Source: Prevotella sp. | Lineage (GTDB): Bacteria > Bacteroidota > Bacteroidia > Bacteroidales > Bacteroidaceae | Direction of reading: 5' to 3' | Assembly (NCBI GenBank): GCA_003447235.1 | Contig: DLZV01000008.1 | Location: 59,612-123,611 of the forward strand | Length of the DNA stretch: 64,000 nt | In this document: one piece after another, positions 1 through 9,324 of the stretch | Layout: every line of letters starts with the position of its first letter | Position numbering within the stretch: position 1 is the stretch's first letter | Program-made: the position numbers and the translations under genes | The notes under the pieces: model-generated | Told to the model about the DNA's origin: nothing | Seen by the model: only the letters and a program-made list of their open reading frames with translations | The model's database searches: none

Positions 1-889
1 GTTGAAGAAGAAGTTGTCACTGCGCTTCGCCTGGGCAAGCACACTGAATCCCTTCTTAGAATATGAAGCCGACAGCATGGCTGCCGTACCCTTGCGATAG
101 ATGTAGTTGTTCTTGAACGAGGGATCCGCCGTCTTCTGCGCATACTCTGCCAAGACATTGAAGCCGTGGGTGTTGAGCGTGACGCGGGCATCCCAGGCAT
201 TGACGTTGCGAGGCATCACCAAGCGGTAGTTGCCATTGAAGACGTCCTCGTCGTTGCGCTCGTTCTTGTTGACGAAGCTACCACCGAGCGTCAGGCTCGT
301 ACCACTCTGGGCGAGGCCCTTGAACCAGCTATCGAGAGACAACTCAACGTCGGCACCTGACACCCAGGAATCGTTGTGGGCCCAGTAGCGGCGCTGCTGG
401 CCCGTGAGAGCCTTGAGGCGCACACCCTTGACCGGCGTGGTGACGATACGGGCACCCAACAGCGAGTTGTCGATACCCAATGATCGCTCCTCGTAGGTGC
501 GGAGTACGAAGCCTGAGCCAAACTGCTCATAGAAGTTACCTACCGTCACCTCGAAGTTCTTCAACTTAGCCTTCAAGTAAACATAAGGTACGCCGTAGCC
601 CTTGAACGCGGCATCATAACCCGGAAGCTGATGCTCACGATACTCAAAGCGTGCGCCAGCATCGATATACTTGCTCATCACGTTGAGATCGACGAAGGTG
701 TTCGTGCGGAAGTCCTCGTGAGAACCGTCAGACTGCGAGCCCGTAGGCGCCAACATGTCGCTCTGGATAGAACCGCTGACGGTCGGATTGTACTTTCCGT
801 CATTGCGGTCGCCATCATTCTGAGCAAAAGAAGGCGTGGCCACTGCCAAGGCGGCGGCCAAGCCTAATATATAATAAGGATGCTTCATC
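1..889 (-). CDS. Secreted/outer-membrane protein, partial (C-terminus beyond window start)
   Basis: Reverse-strand reading frame opens at ATG (complement of 887..889) and runs to the window edge. The N-terminus MKHPYYILGLAAALAVATPSFA|QNDGD is a signal peptidase I signal followed by Gln. Alternating hydrophobic/polar segments suggest a beta-barrel. The ORF track does not list it because no stop codon lies in the window. Confidence 0.5.
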
Positions 890-893
890 TGTG

Positions 894-1391
894 TTACTTC
901 TTAGCTGCAACCAGTTCGCGAACCTTCTCGATCAACTCGTTCTCGGCACCCTCGGTGTAGCCGTTGTGCTTGTACACGATCTTGCCGTCGCCATCGCAAA
1001 CGAGCACGTAGGGGATCATCTGGATGCCCAGTGCGCGCTTGAACTCAGAGTTGGCGTCGATCAGCACGTCGTAAGTCCAACCGTACTCATCAACGAGCGG
1101 CTTCACCTTGTTGACGTTCTGGCCCTGGTCGATGCTGATGGCGTAGATTTTGACACCAGTCTCATCCACCCAGTCCTGATACACCTCGTTGATGGCGTTG
1201 AGCTCGCGGTTGCAGGGCTTGCACCATGTGGCGAAGAAATCGATGATGAAAGGCTTACCATTGTTGGAAAGCGTGTCGGTTTTCACGGCGTTACCGTTGA
1301 TGTCCTTCAGCATGACTGAGGGAAGCTGTGCGCTCGCAGTTGTCGCAAATGCGGAAAGCAGCACAAACAGGGAAAAGATTACTTTCTTCAT
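894..1391 (-). CDS. Thioredoxin-fold thiol-disulfide oxidoreductase (TlpA/ResA-like), secreted
   Basis: 165-aa ORF with signal peptide MKKVIFSLFVLLSAFATTASA|Q and the classical thioredoxin active site FFATWCKPC. Confidence 0.85.
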   Translation of the reverse strand: MKKVIFSLFVLLSAFATTASAQLPSVMLKDINGNAVKTDTLSNNGKPFIIDFFATWCKPCNRELNAINEVYQDWVDETGVKIYAISIDQGQNVNKVKPLVDEYGWTYDVLIDANSEFKRALGIQMIPYVLVCDGDGKIVYKHNGYTEGAENELIEKVRELVAAKK

Positions 1392-1421
1392 AATGAAACT
1401 ATTTTTCAGTTATTTTGAATG

Positions 1422-1429
1422 CAAAAATA
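1422..1429 (-). promoter_or_regulatory. Candidate Bacteroidetes-type -7 promoter box (TAnnTTTG) for the thioredoxin gene
   Basis: The minus strand reads TATTTTTG about 31 nt upstream of the thioredoxin ATG (1389..1391). This matches the Bacteroidetes sigma-A -7 consensus TAnnTTTG. I could not confirm a -33 TTTG element. Confidence 0.35.
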
Positions 1430-1928
1430 GATAATTCCGATTGAACGGGAAACAGAAATAGCGTTAAAATTCGTTTAACGTCCCGTTATTAGGTCAATAT
1501 GCCCGATTTTGATTCGGGTTACAGTACTTATTTCCGAAATTAGTAAGGGCGGAAACCGTAATCACCTCTCCCTGGTGCAATACTTCGCTCCTCATCTCGT
1601 ACTAGATGCGGGAGGCGGAACCGGTCCGAGTTTTTGCATTGAAACCACGGAGACGGCGCTACGCTGCCCAGGATAGCAGACGGACCTCATACGCACGGGG
1701 AAGCATGCAGCGAGAAGTATGAGGCGTGAAGCCTCCAACCCTAACAACAAGCATGGACTTCAGCCAAGGATGCGTTCCTCGGCTGAAGCCCACGATATCA
1801 TAGATACAGGTAGGACAGGTTACTTATCGTGTCTCACTGACGTAACTTATCCCTTCTCTTATAGGTAACTTACCTTGGCTCGCAGAGATAGCTTACCCTA
1901 TCTCACGAAGACAACCTACCCTGTCTTA

Positions 1929-2939
1929 TTACTTCTTCTTCTTTCCTTTTCCCTTGGCCTTGCCCTTGGTGGGGGCAGGAGTCTGCTCGGGGGCCTTTTC
2001 TACCTGGACAGGAGCTGCGGGAGCAACCTCTGCAGGCTTCGGTGCGGCAGGCACGATGCCCTTGAGCTCGAGCGTGAAGATGAGGGCGGAATAAGGAGCA
2101 ATGTCGCGACCAGCACCGCGAGCGCCATAGGCCAGATCCTGCGGGATGTAGATCTCCCACTTCGATCCCACCGGCATCATCGTCAGTGCCTCCGTCCAGC
2201 CCTTGATCAGGCGGTCGGCAGCAAACTCATCAAACTCCTTGCCATGGTTGGCCGTGGCATCGAAGACCTTGCCATCGAGGGTGCGGCCCTCATAGACGAC
2301 CTGCACCTTGTCGCTCGCCTTCGGAATCGGTCCGTCGCCCTTGACCAGCACCTTGTACTGCAAACCGTCGGGAAGGGTGTTGACCCCAGGCTTCAGCTTG
2401 TTCTCGGCGAGGAATTTCTCGCCAGCAGCCTTGTTGGCCTCCTCGCGCTCGATCTTGGCAGCCTCGCGCGCATCCTTAAACTTCGTCTCGGCCTGTGCCA
2501 CCGTATAAGTGGTGGTATCCTTGCGGAGCGCGGCCTCGAAACCCTTGACTACCATCTCCTCGCTGAAGGGCTGGGAAGCGCCCTCGAAGTCGGCACTCAT
2601 GCGCGGGAACATCTGCTTGTCGAGCATCGTAGCCACCTGCTGGCCTGCGACGAAAGCCTGGTATGCCTTGTCGTTGCGCTTGGCATAAGCCTCCTTGAAG
2701 CCACGGATGACATCGGCCATCTGGCTCTCATCGACACCAAACTGCTCCTTCAGATACCTGTCGAGACCATTGGTCACGGCGTAACCGGCAGCGTAGCTGA
2801 TCGAGTCGGCCTCGGTCTTGAGCGTCTGCGTCTGGACTGCCTTCGCCTTGGGCGACACTTTCTTGACCTTCTGTGCGCTCACCGGAGTACAAATTGCACC
2901 TCCGACGAGGGCAAGTGACAAAAAGATTGTCTTTTTCAT
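1929..2939 (-). CDS. FKBP-type peptidyl-prolyl cis-trans isomerase (FkpA-like), secreted
   Basis: The ORF is 1929..3014. The likely start is the MKKTIFLSLALVGG methionine at 2939, with signal peptide ...PVSA|QKVKK. A C-terminal FKBP domain is present (GDGPIPKASDKVQVVYEGRTLDGKVFD...YGARGAG...ALIFTLEL), followed by a Lys-rich tail. Confidence 0.85.
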   Translation of the reverse strand: MKKTIFLSLALVGGAICTPVSAQKVKKVSPKAKAVQTQTLKTEADSISYAAGYAVTNGLDRYLKEQFGVDESQMADVIRGFKEAYAKRNDKAYQAFVAGQQVATMLDKQMFPRMSADFEGASQPFSEEMVVKGFEAALRKDTTTYTVAQAETKFKDAREAAKIEREEANKAAGEKFLAENKLKPGVNTLPDGLQYKVLVKGDGPIPKASDKVQVVYEGRTLDGKVFDATANHGKEFDEFAADRLIKGWTEALTMMPVGSKWEIYIPQDLAYGARGAGRDIAPYSALIFTLELKGIVPAAPKPAEVAPAAPVQVEKAPEQTPAPTKGKAKGKGKKKK

Positions 2940-3026
2940 TGTACGTTTTTTATAGACACTATCTAAAAAGAGGGTGTGCCAGGATGACGGCTTGCTCGCC
3001 GCCTCCTTGCACACCGCTCGTATGAT

Positions 3027-3914
3027 TTATTCTCTCGGAGCCTGGGGGGCCGGATTGACCTCCAGGAGCTCGATCGTGAAGATCAAGTCAGAGAACGGCT
3101 CGATCGGACCCGTCTTCTGTGCGCCGTAGCCAGCGCTATAGGGGATATAGACCACCCACTTGGAACCGACGGTCATGTGGGTCAGCGCCTCGGTGAAACC
3201 AGGAATGACACCATTGACCGGCATCATGGCAGGCTGCTTGCCAAAGTTGCTCTCGATGACCTTGCCATCGATGGTCTTCAGTTCATAGTTGATCTTCACT
3301 GACTGGTTGGTCTTGGGGATTGCGCCCGAGCCTTCCTTGATCACCTCATACTGCACACCCTTGCCGAGCTTCTTGACACCAGCCTTCTTGGCGTTGGCAG
3401 CCATGAAGGCGTCTGCCTTCTTCTTCTGCGGACCGTACTTCTTGGCAGCATAGCGGGCCTTGATGGCCGTCATCTGCGTCTGAGAGACCTCACGCGCCTG
3501 GTCCATCGTCATCTTCAAGTTCTTGTTGGTGGCACCAGCAACAAATCCGGCCACGATATTCTCCAGCGAGAGCGTCTGCGTAGAGTCGCCAGCGAAGACA
3601 TCCAGACTTGCGCCCTTATTAATCATGGCGAGCTGCTCGCCGAGGATGACACCCGCGTTGTAGGCAGCCTTCTTCTTGTCGTCGGCACCCTTGATACCGG
3701 CGTAGATACCCTTGATGACCTCTGCCTCATAGGTAGAGTCGATCTCCATGGACATCATGGCCTGCTTCATCATCGGAGAGCTGGCCACACCGGCAGCATA
3801 CGACAGTGAGTCGATATCCGTCTTCAGCTCCGCCTTCTTCGCCTTGTTGCCACAAGCCGTGAACGAGGCCAGAGCCGCTACGGCCACAGCCACGATAGTA
3901 AGCTTTTTCATCAT
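3027..3914 (-). CDS. FKBP-type peptidyl-prolyl isomerase, lipoprotein
   Basis: 295 aa with a lipoprotein signal (AALASFTAC). FKBP domain at the C-terminus (INYELKTIDGKVIESNF...YGAQKTGPIEPFSDLIFTIELLEV). Confidence 0.85.
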   Translation of the reverse strand: MMKKLTIVAVAVAALASFTACGNKAKKAELKTDIDSLSYAAGVASSPMMKQAMMSMEIDSTYEAEVIKGIYAGIKGADDKKKAAYNAGVILGEQLAMINKGASLDVFAGDSTQTLSLENIVAGFVAGATNKNLKMTMDQAREVSQTQMTAIKARYAAKKYGPQKKKADAFMAANAKKAGVKKLGKGVQYEVIKEGSGAIPKTNQSVKINYELKTIDGKVIESNFGKQPAMMPVNGVIPGFTEALTHMTVGSKWVVYIPYSAGYGAQKTGPIEPFSDLIFTIELLEVNPAPQAPRE

Positions 3915-4029
3915 GTTGTTTATTTTTGTTTTTTGGTTTTTGTGTCTATCAATTGTCCCTATATATATAAGGAGAAGTCATCGGCCACCGCTACCCACTG
4001 GCTGGGTGGCCTGAGCAACTCGTTTTTGC

Positions 4030-4635
4030 TTACTTCACCTCCAGCAGCTCGACGTCGAAGACGAGGGCTGAGAACGGGGGAATCGACGCACCCGCTCCAC
4101 GCTCACCGTAGGCGAGGTTGTAGGGAATGAAGAAGCGATACTTAGAGCCCTCCGACATGAGCTGTACGCCCTCGGTCCATCCGGCAATCACCTGATTGAG
4201 ACCGAACACTGCCGGCTCTTTGCGGTCGTAGCTGCTGTCAAACTTCGTACCGTCGATGAGTCGCCCCTCATAGTGGCAGCGCACCTGGTCAGTAGCCTTC
4301 GGCTTCTTGCCGTTGCCCTCTACGAGCACCTCGTACTGCAATCCGCTGGGAAGCGTGACGATATTCTCCTTCTTTGCGTTCTCTGCGAGGAAGTCCTCAC
4401 CAGCCTTGCGTGAAGCCTTGCCAGCCTCAGCCATAGCGGCACGCTGTCTCTCCTCCTGCTCGGCAAAGAATTGCTGTACGAGCGACTGAGCCTCCTGGTT
4501 GTTCACTTTGAGTTCGACGCCCGCAATGACGTCCTTGATGGCCTGTGCGAAGTCATCAGCATTCAGGTCCTTTGCACCCATCTGGGCAAGCTGCTGACCG
4601 ATGCCGATGCCCAAGGCATAGCTTAATTTGTCCAT
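4030..4635 (-). CDS. FKBP-type peptidyl-prolyl isomerase, cytoplasmic (FklB-like)
   Basis: 201 aa with no signal peptide. FKBP domain present (CHYEGRLIDGTKFDSSYDRKEPAVFGLNQVIAGWTEG...YGERGAGASIPPFSALVFDVELLEV). It is the third of three tandem FKBP genes. Confidence 0.85.
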   Translation of the reverse strand: MDKLSYALGIGIGQQLAQMGAKDLNADDFAQAIKDVIAGVELKVNNQEAQSLVQQFFAEQEERQRAAMAEAGKASRKAGEDFLAENAKKENIVTLPSGLQYEVLVEGNGKKPKATDQVRCHYEGRLIDGTKFDSSYDRKEPAVFGLNQVIAGWTEGVQLMSEGSKYRFFIPYNLAYGERGAGASIPPFSALVFDVELLEVK

Positions 4636-4747
4636 TCTTTTTCTTTATTCTCGTTGTATTGAGTTGCAAAGGTAATATTTTTTCACCATAGTATGACGGC
4701 GTTTCAAGAAAAAATAGCTAAATTTGCAGATGTTAAATGTTTTTGCT

Positions 4748-5467
4748 ATGAAGAAAATCGTTTTTCTCACCGGCGCAGGAATGTCGGTGGAGAGTGGATT
4801 CAAGACGTTCCGTGGCAACGACGGCCTTTGGGAGAACGTGCCCGTGGAGAAAGTTGCCACCCATGAGGCGTGGTATGCTGACCCCGACTTCGTCACCGCG
4901 TTCTACAACGGGCTTCGCAAGAAACTCTATGGCGCCCAACCCAACGAGGGCCATCGCCTCATCGCAGCCCTGGAGCAGGACTACGACGTGACGGTAGTGA
5001 CACAGAATGTGGACAACCTGCACGAGAAAGCTGGTTCCCACAAGGTCATCCACCTACACGGCGAGCTGACCAAGGTGTGCTCCACCATCGACCCCTACGA
5101 TCCGAAGTACATCCGCGAACTGTCGGAGCAGGACTGCGAGGTGGCGAAAGGTGCCAAGGCGGACGACGGAAGTCTCCTGCGCCCGTTCATCGTGTTCTTC
5201 GGCGAGGCCGTCCCGATGATAGAGCCTGCCGCCGAGGCCGTGAAGGAGGCCGACATCTTCGTGGTGGTCGGCACGTCGCTCAACGTCTATCCCGCCGCAG
5301 GACTCATTGCCTACACGCGGAAGAACGTGCCTGTCTATCTCATCGACCCTGCCGACGTGATGGGGAGCGGCTACCGCGACGTCACCCATATCAAGGCCGG
5401 TGCGTCGGAAGGTATGCGGCAGCTCGTAGCCATGCTCAAGGATTCACCACTTGGCGACAAGAAGTAG
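4748..5467 (+). CDS. Sir2-family NAD-dependent protein deacylase (short form; Zn-ribbon cysteines absent)
   Basis: The ORF is 4724..5467. The likely start is MKKIVFLTGAGMSVESGFKTFRG, which carries the sirtuin GAGxS NAD-binding motif, followed by HEAW...QNVDNLHEKAG and HGEL. Only two Cys residues sit where the CxxC...CxxC zinc module would be. Confidence 0.8.
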   Translation: MKKIVFLTGAGMSVESGFKTFRGNDGLWENVPVEKVATHEAWYADPDFVTAFYNGLRKKLYGAQPNEGHRLIAALEQDYDVTVVTQNVDNLHEKAGSHKVIHLHGELTKVCSTIDPYDPKYIRELSEQDCEVAKGAKADDGSLLRPFIVFFGEAVPMIEPAAEAVKEADIFVVVGTSLNVYPAAGLIAYTRKNVPVYLIDPADVMGSGYRDVTHIKAGASEGMRQLVAMLKDSPLGDKK

Positions 5468-5543
5468 TAGAAGCCTGGCAAGCATATCGACTAAGCGATA
5501 GTGATCCTTATCGTCATAACCCAACGCATCAAAACAGCCTACA

Positions 5544-6185
5544 ATGAAAAAACGTCATTCACTCCTGCGGGTCCTCATCCTCCTCGCCATCCTCACTTGT
5601 GGCCACGCACTGACGTCATCCGCCCAGAAGGATGTCTATAAGTTTGTGGCCAAGGACGGCAAGGGCAAGGAAGTCAAACTGAAGAAGTACAAAGGCAGCG
5701 TGCTGCTCATCGTCAATACCGCCACCCGCTGTGGCTTCACGCCCCAGTATGCCGACCTGCAACGCCTCTATGAGCAGTATCATGCCCAGGGATTCGAGAT
5801 TCTCGACTTCCCCTGCAACCAGTTTGGCTACCAGGCCCCAGGCGACTACAAAGCCATCCATGCAATCTGCACGGCCAACTATGGCATCACTTTCCCTCAG
5901 TTTCAGAAGGTGATGGTCAACGGCAAGACCGCCCTGCCGCTCTACACTTATCTCAAGGAGAAAGAACCCTTCAAGGGTTTCGACACGACGACGAAGGTGG
6001 GTAAATATCTCGACGAAACCTTTCGGGAGAAAGACCCGCACTACGATCAGAGCGCAGACGTGAAATGGAACTTCACCAAGTTTCTCATCGACCGCGAGGG
6101 CCACGTCATCGACCGCTTCGAACCGTCCGTACCCATGGACAGCGTGGAGGCGGGTGTCAAGGCGGCACTGAGCATGAAACCATAA
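5544..6185 (+). CDS. Glutathione peroxidase, secreted
   Basis: 213 aa with signal peptide ...LTSSA|QKD. The GPx catalytic region is present (LIVNTATRCGFTPQY...FPCNQFG...WNFTKFLID), with the peroxidatic Cys in NTATRCG. Confidence 0.85.
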   Translation: MKKRHSLLRVLILLAILTCGHALTSSAQKDVYKFVAKDGKGKEVKLKKYKGSVLLIVNTATRCGFTPQYADLQRLYEQYHAQGFEILDFPCNQFGYQAPGDYKAIHAICTANYGITFPQFQKVMVNGKTALPLYTYLKEKEPFKGFDTTTKVGKYLDETFREKDPHYDQSADVKWNFTKFLIDREGHVIDRFEPSVPMDSVEAGVKAALSMKP

Positions 6186-6248
6186 CCCCAAAAAGTCTTT
6201 AGAACGTAAACAGACAACCATCTATCTTATAACTATTCAAATCAAGAC

Positions 6249-7235
6249 ATGAAGTACATTGTCATCCCCCCTGAGGTGGGTCCCGTGCCCCCCATCACTT
6301 TCGATTTTGCCATAGAGGAGTTTGCCGCCCGTCATTTCACGGACGACGACTACTGCTTCATCTGGCAGACTCGCCCAACGGTCATCATCGGACGCAACCA
6401 ACTGCTGGTCAATGAGGTCAACGTAGATTATTGCAACGCCAACGACGTTTTTATTGCCCGCCGGAAGAGTGGTGGCGGTGCGATGTATTCCGACAAGGGC
6501 AATGTGATGTTCTCCTTTATCTCCTCCGAGCCTGACGTTCAGAAGATGTTTCGCTGGGCCATGGGTGAGATGGCGGACGTACTCCGCGATTTAGGCATCG
6601 ACGCCACGCTCTCTGGACGCAACGACATTATCGTCGATGGACGCAAGGTGGCGGGAGCCGCCTTCTACCGTGTGGCGGGACGAGGCATCATGCACAACAC
6701 GCTTCTCTTCAAGAGCGACGTAACAGCACTACAAAGCGCCCTCACCCCCCCGAAGGAGAAACTCAAGAGCAAGGGCGTAGCAAGCGTGTCACAGCGTGTC
6801 GCCAACGTGGCCAACTACCTCCCGGGCATGACCGTGGAGGAGTTTAAGGAGCATGCGCGCCGTGTGCTCTGCGGTGACAACTACCGTGAGATCACTATGG
6901 AGGACATGGAGGAGATCCGCAAGACGCAGGAACTGATGGGCCGCAAGGAATGGATCTACGGACGCATGCCGCAACATACGGAGGTGCGCAAGCTGCGCTT
7001 GCCTGACGTGGGAAGCGTCGAAGTTTATTTAGAGATCAAGGATGGCAAGATTCTGGACCTCAACCTGGTGGGCGACTTCTTCATCATGGGCGATGTCGAT
7101 GGTGAGATTATCGCTCCGCTGCGCCACCAACCTTTCACTCGTGAGGGAGTGGCTGCGGCCCTTCAGGGTCATGACCTGTCGCAGGTGGTGCGCGGTCTGA
7201 CGACAGAGGGGTGGTTGCAGGTGCTTTTCGGGTAA
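6249..7235 (+). CDS. lplA: Lipoate-protein ligase A
   Basis: 328 aa with the LplA/BirA-fold signature RRKSGGGAMYSDKGN (the RRxSGGGAVYHD motif). The length fits a two-domain LplA. Confidence 0.8.
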   Translation: MKYIVIPPEVGPVPPITFDFAIEEFAARHFTDDDYCFIWQTRPTVIIGRNQLLVNEVNVDYCNANDVFIARRKSGGGAMYSDKGNVMFSFISSEPDVQKMFRWAMGEMADVLRDLGIDATLSGRNDIIVDGRKVAGAAFYRVAGRGIMHNTLLFKSDVTALQSALTPPKEKLKSKGVASVSQRVANVANYLPGMTVEEFKEHARRVLCGDNYREITMEDMEEIRKTQELMGRKEWIYGRMPQHTEVRKLRLPDVGSVEVYLEIKDGKILDLNLVGDFFIMGDVDGEIIAPLRHQPFTREGVAAALQGHDLSQVVRGLTTEGWLQVLFG

Positions 7236-7369
7236 TGTACGGTCTGTCCATACGAGGACAGAAGCAGCTCTTCCATGCTGCTATAGACTAAGACCTGCAT
7301 ACAGTCAAAAGCGGGTGGTGAAACCCTTTCTGGTTCCACCACCCGCTTTTTCAATACCATACAAGGTCT

Positions 7370-8149
7370 TTACAAGAAGCGGCCCGTGACGGCAAGTTTG
7401 AAGACGGGATAGACCGTCCACTTGTCGATGAGTTTGGACAGGTCGTCGGTGGCCTTGTCGCGCAGGTCATCGATGTTGAGTTCCTGATCGTCCTGATAGA
7501 CCTTCATGTGGCCCATAAACTGGCAACCCAGTTCCACACGGAAACCAACACGACCTTTGGGCACCATGCGTCCGTAGCCCAGTCCGAGGTAGGGACGGAA
7601 ACCGTTGACGCGCACGTCGCCCAGCAGGTCGCCATTCTCATTGAAGCGGACATCATACTTGTCGATCTCAGCATAGACCTGGTTCTTCACGTCGGCAGGA
7701 TACTGCGGGTCTGCCATAAAGTTTTTCACATCCTCGGAGTGTCCTTTGAGCTTGGCAATCTTCTTGCCGCCAAAGGAGAAGCCCGCAGCTACGAAGAGGG
7801 CGTTCTGCGTACCAAAGGGATAGCAGCTCACCTTGAAGTTGGCCGTGGTGCGCGCAAACTTACCCTCGATGTTCACAGACTCCATTGGGATGGTCGTGAC
7901 ATCCGTGATGCGGATGGGCTTCACGTTGACGTCGCCATCAACTTTGAAACCGGGCATGAAGCTCATTCCCGCACTCACCTCCAGGTAGTCGGTGACGGGA
8001 GTTGCCACATCAAAGCCAATACCCTCCGTACCCACATTCAGGTTGCCACCGACATGGCGGAAGATTTCAAAGTTTTCCACTTGGGCTTGCATGCCCGTCG
8101 ATACCAACACACTGGCCATTGCCGCCAGAAAGAGTTTTTTGAGTGTCAT
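7370..8149 (-). CDS. Hypothetical secreted/outer-membrane protein
   Basis: 259 aa with signal peptide ...STGMQA|QVENFE. Rich in Gly and aromatic residues with alternating beta-strand-like segments. No recognisable catalytic motif. Confidence 0.5.
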   Translation of the reverse strand: MTLKKLFLAAMASVLVSTGMQAQVENFEIFRHVGGNLNVGTEGIGFDVATPVTDYLEVSAGMSFMPGFKVDGDVNVKPIRITDVTTIPMESVNIEGKFARTTANFKVSCYPFGTQNALFVAAGFSFGGKKIAKLKGHSEDVKNFMADPQYPADVKNQVYAEIDKYDVRFNENGDLLGDVRVNGFRPYLGLGYGRMVPKGRVGFRVELGCQFMGHMKVYQDDQELNIDDLRDKATDDLSKLIDKWTVYPVFKLAVTGRFL

Positions 8150-8213
8150 AATCGTCAGTTGTTAGTTACAATATTGTTAGCTATTCACTTCTGCGTATTA
8201 CGTTTCCTGCCGA

Positions 8214-9263
8214 CTACAGCGTCCAAAGCATCTGGATCATCGTCTGGCCTACTGCCTGCAGTACGCCCTTGTCGATATGATCCATCGTGTCATGGATGGT
8301 GTGCCACGTCGGTCCAAAACTGCTCTGCTGGCAGTCGGGATAATAGGGAATGACATCGGCAGTGGGGATGCCGGCCTTCTCGTTGAGCGGAATATGGTCG
8401 TCCGTCACCATACCTCCCACGTCGTTGGGGAAGTAGCTGCCAAATCCAGCTTCCCTGGCTGCATTCCACACCCTGTTGACCACGTCGGGCGCATACTGCA
8501 CCGACATGCCCTCACGGTAGAACTGAGCTCCCTCGCCACCGACCATGTCGAGCAGCACGGCGAACTCAGGAGAGAAGCCTGCCGGAAGGTTGGTGGAGAA
8601 ATGAAGGGCTCCCAAGGCCCATGTGTCACCGACCTCATCCATACTAGTTTCCCACTGTGGCAGTCCCCAGTCCTCGGCATCGAAGCAGACAAAATCAATG
8701 CCGACGTCTGCGGGCAGACGCTTAGCACCATCCTGTTCCTTTTCCATAAGCGACAACTGACGGGCCACCTCGATCATCACCGCCACGCCACTGGCACCAT
8801 CATTGGCTGCCATAACGGGCTTGCGATGGTTGGTGGAGTCGGGGTCGTTGTCAGCCCAGGGACGGGCGTCCCAGTGGGCACACAACATCACACGCCGCTT
8901 GGCCTCGGGACGGAAGCGGGCAATGATATTGGTGGAATGCAGCATTGTGCCGTCATAGCCTTTGAGGTCAGCCTTCTGCTCCTCGACGGTGCATCCGTAG
9001 GCCTTAAACTTACTGACGATCCACGCACCGCAGCGGTCGTGCGCCTCCGAGTTCATCACTCTTGGTCCAAAATCGCATTGCTTCGCCGTAAAGGCAAAGG
9101 CAGAGTCGGGATTGAAGGCTGGGCCGACTGGCTTTGCCACCGTTTCCGTCATTTCCGTATCCTCATCGCTTGTCTGACTATCCTTCGTCTTCAGGACCGC
9201 CAAACCAGCGACGACGGCGGCAACAAGAATGCCACCAGAGATTATCTTCATTTTCTTGGTCAT
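8214..9263 (-). CDS. M28-family zinc peptidase-like protein; probable glutaminyl-peptide cyclotransferase (type II QC)
   Basis: 349 aa with an N-terminal signal/anchor. M28-fold metal ligand context is present (HWDARPWADNDPD, DAEDWG, HTIHDTMDHID). The size and fold match the animal-type glutaminyl cyclases described in Porphyromonas, Tannerella and Prevotella. Confidence 0.65.
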   Translation of the reverse strand: MTKKMKIISGGILVAAVVAGLAVLKTKDSQTSDEDTEMTETVAKPVGPAFNPDSAFAFTAKQCDFGPRVMNSEAHDRCGAWIVSKFKAYGCTVEEQKADLKGYDGTMLHSTNIIARFRPEAKRRVMLCAHWDARPWADNDPDSTNHRKPVMAANDGASGVAVMIEVARQLSLMEKEQDGAKRLPADVGIDFVCFDAEDWGLPQWETSMDEVGDTWALGALHFSTNLPAGFSPEFAVLLDMVGGEGAQFYREGMSVQYAPDVVNRVWNAAREAGFGSYFPNDVGGMVTDDHIPLNEKAGIPTADVIPYYPDCQQSSFGPTWHTIHDTMDHIDKGVLQAVGQTMIQMLWTL

Positions 9264-9324
9264 TTCTCCTTATATTATATTATTCATTTCTCCTTATATC
9301 ATAGATAATAAAGACAGCTTTTGC

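Noticed and set aside
1875-2918. 347-aa plus-strand ORF overlapping FKBP-1.
   Set aside because: It is the shadow frame of the FKBP gene. It has an L/G/R-rich composition, no motifs, and starts inside the structured intergenic region.
4748-5467. Sir2 domain as part of a Thoeris/DSR-type defence system.
   Set aside because: It is a 240-aa stand-alone deacylase-type sirtuin with no SLOG, TIR, HerA or other partner domain. The neighbours are metabolic genes.
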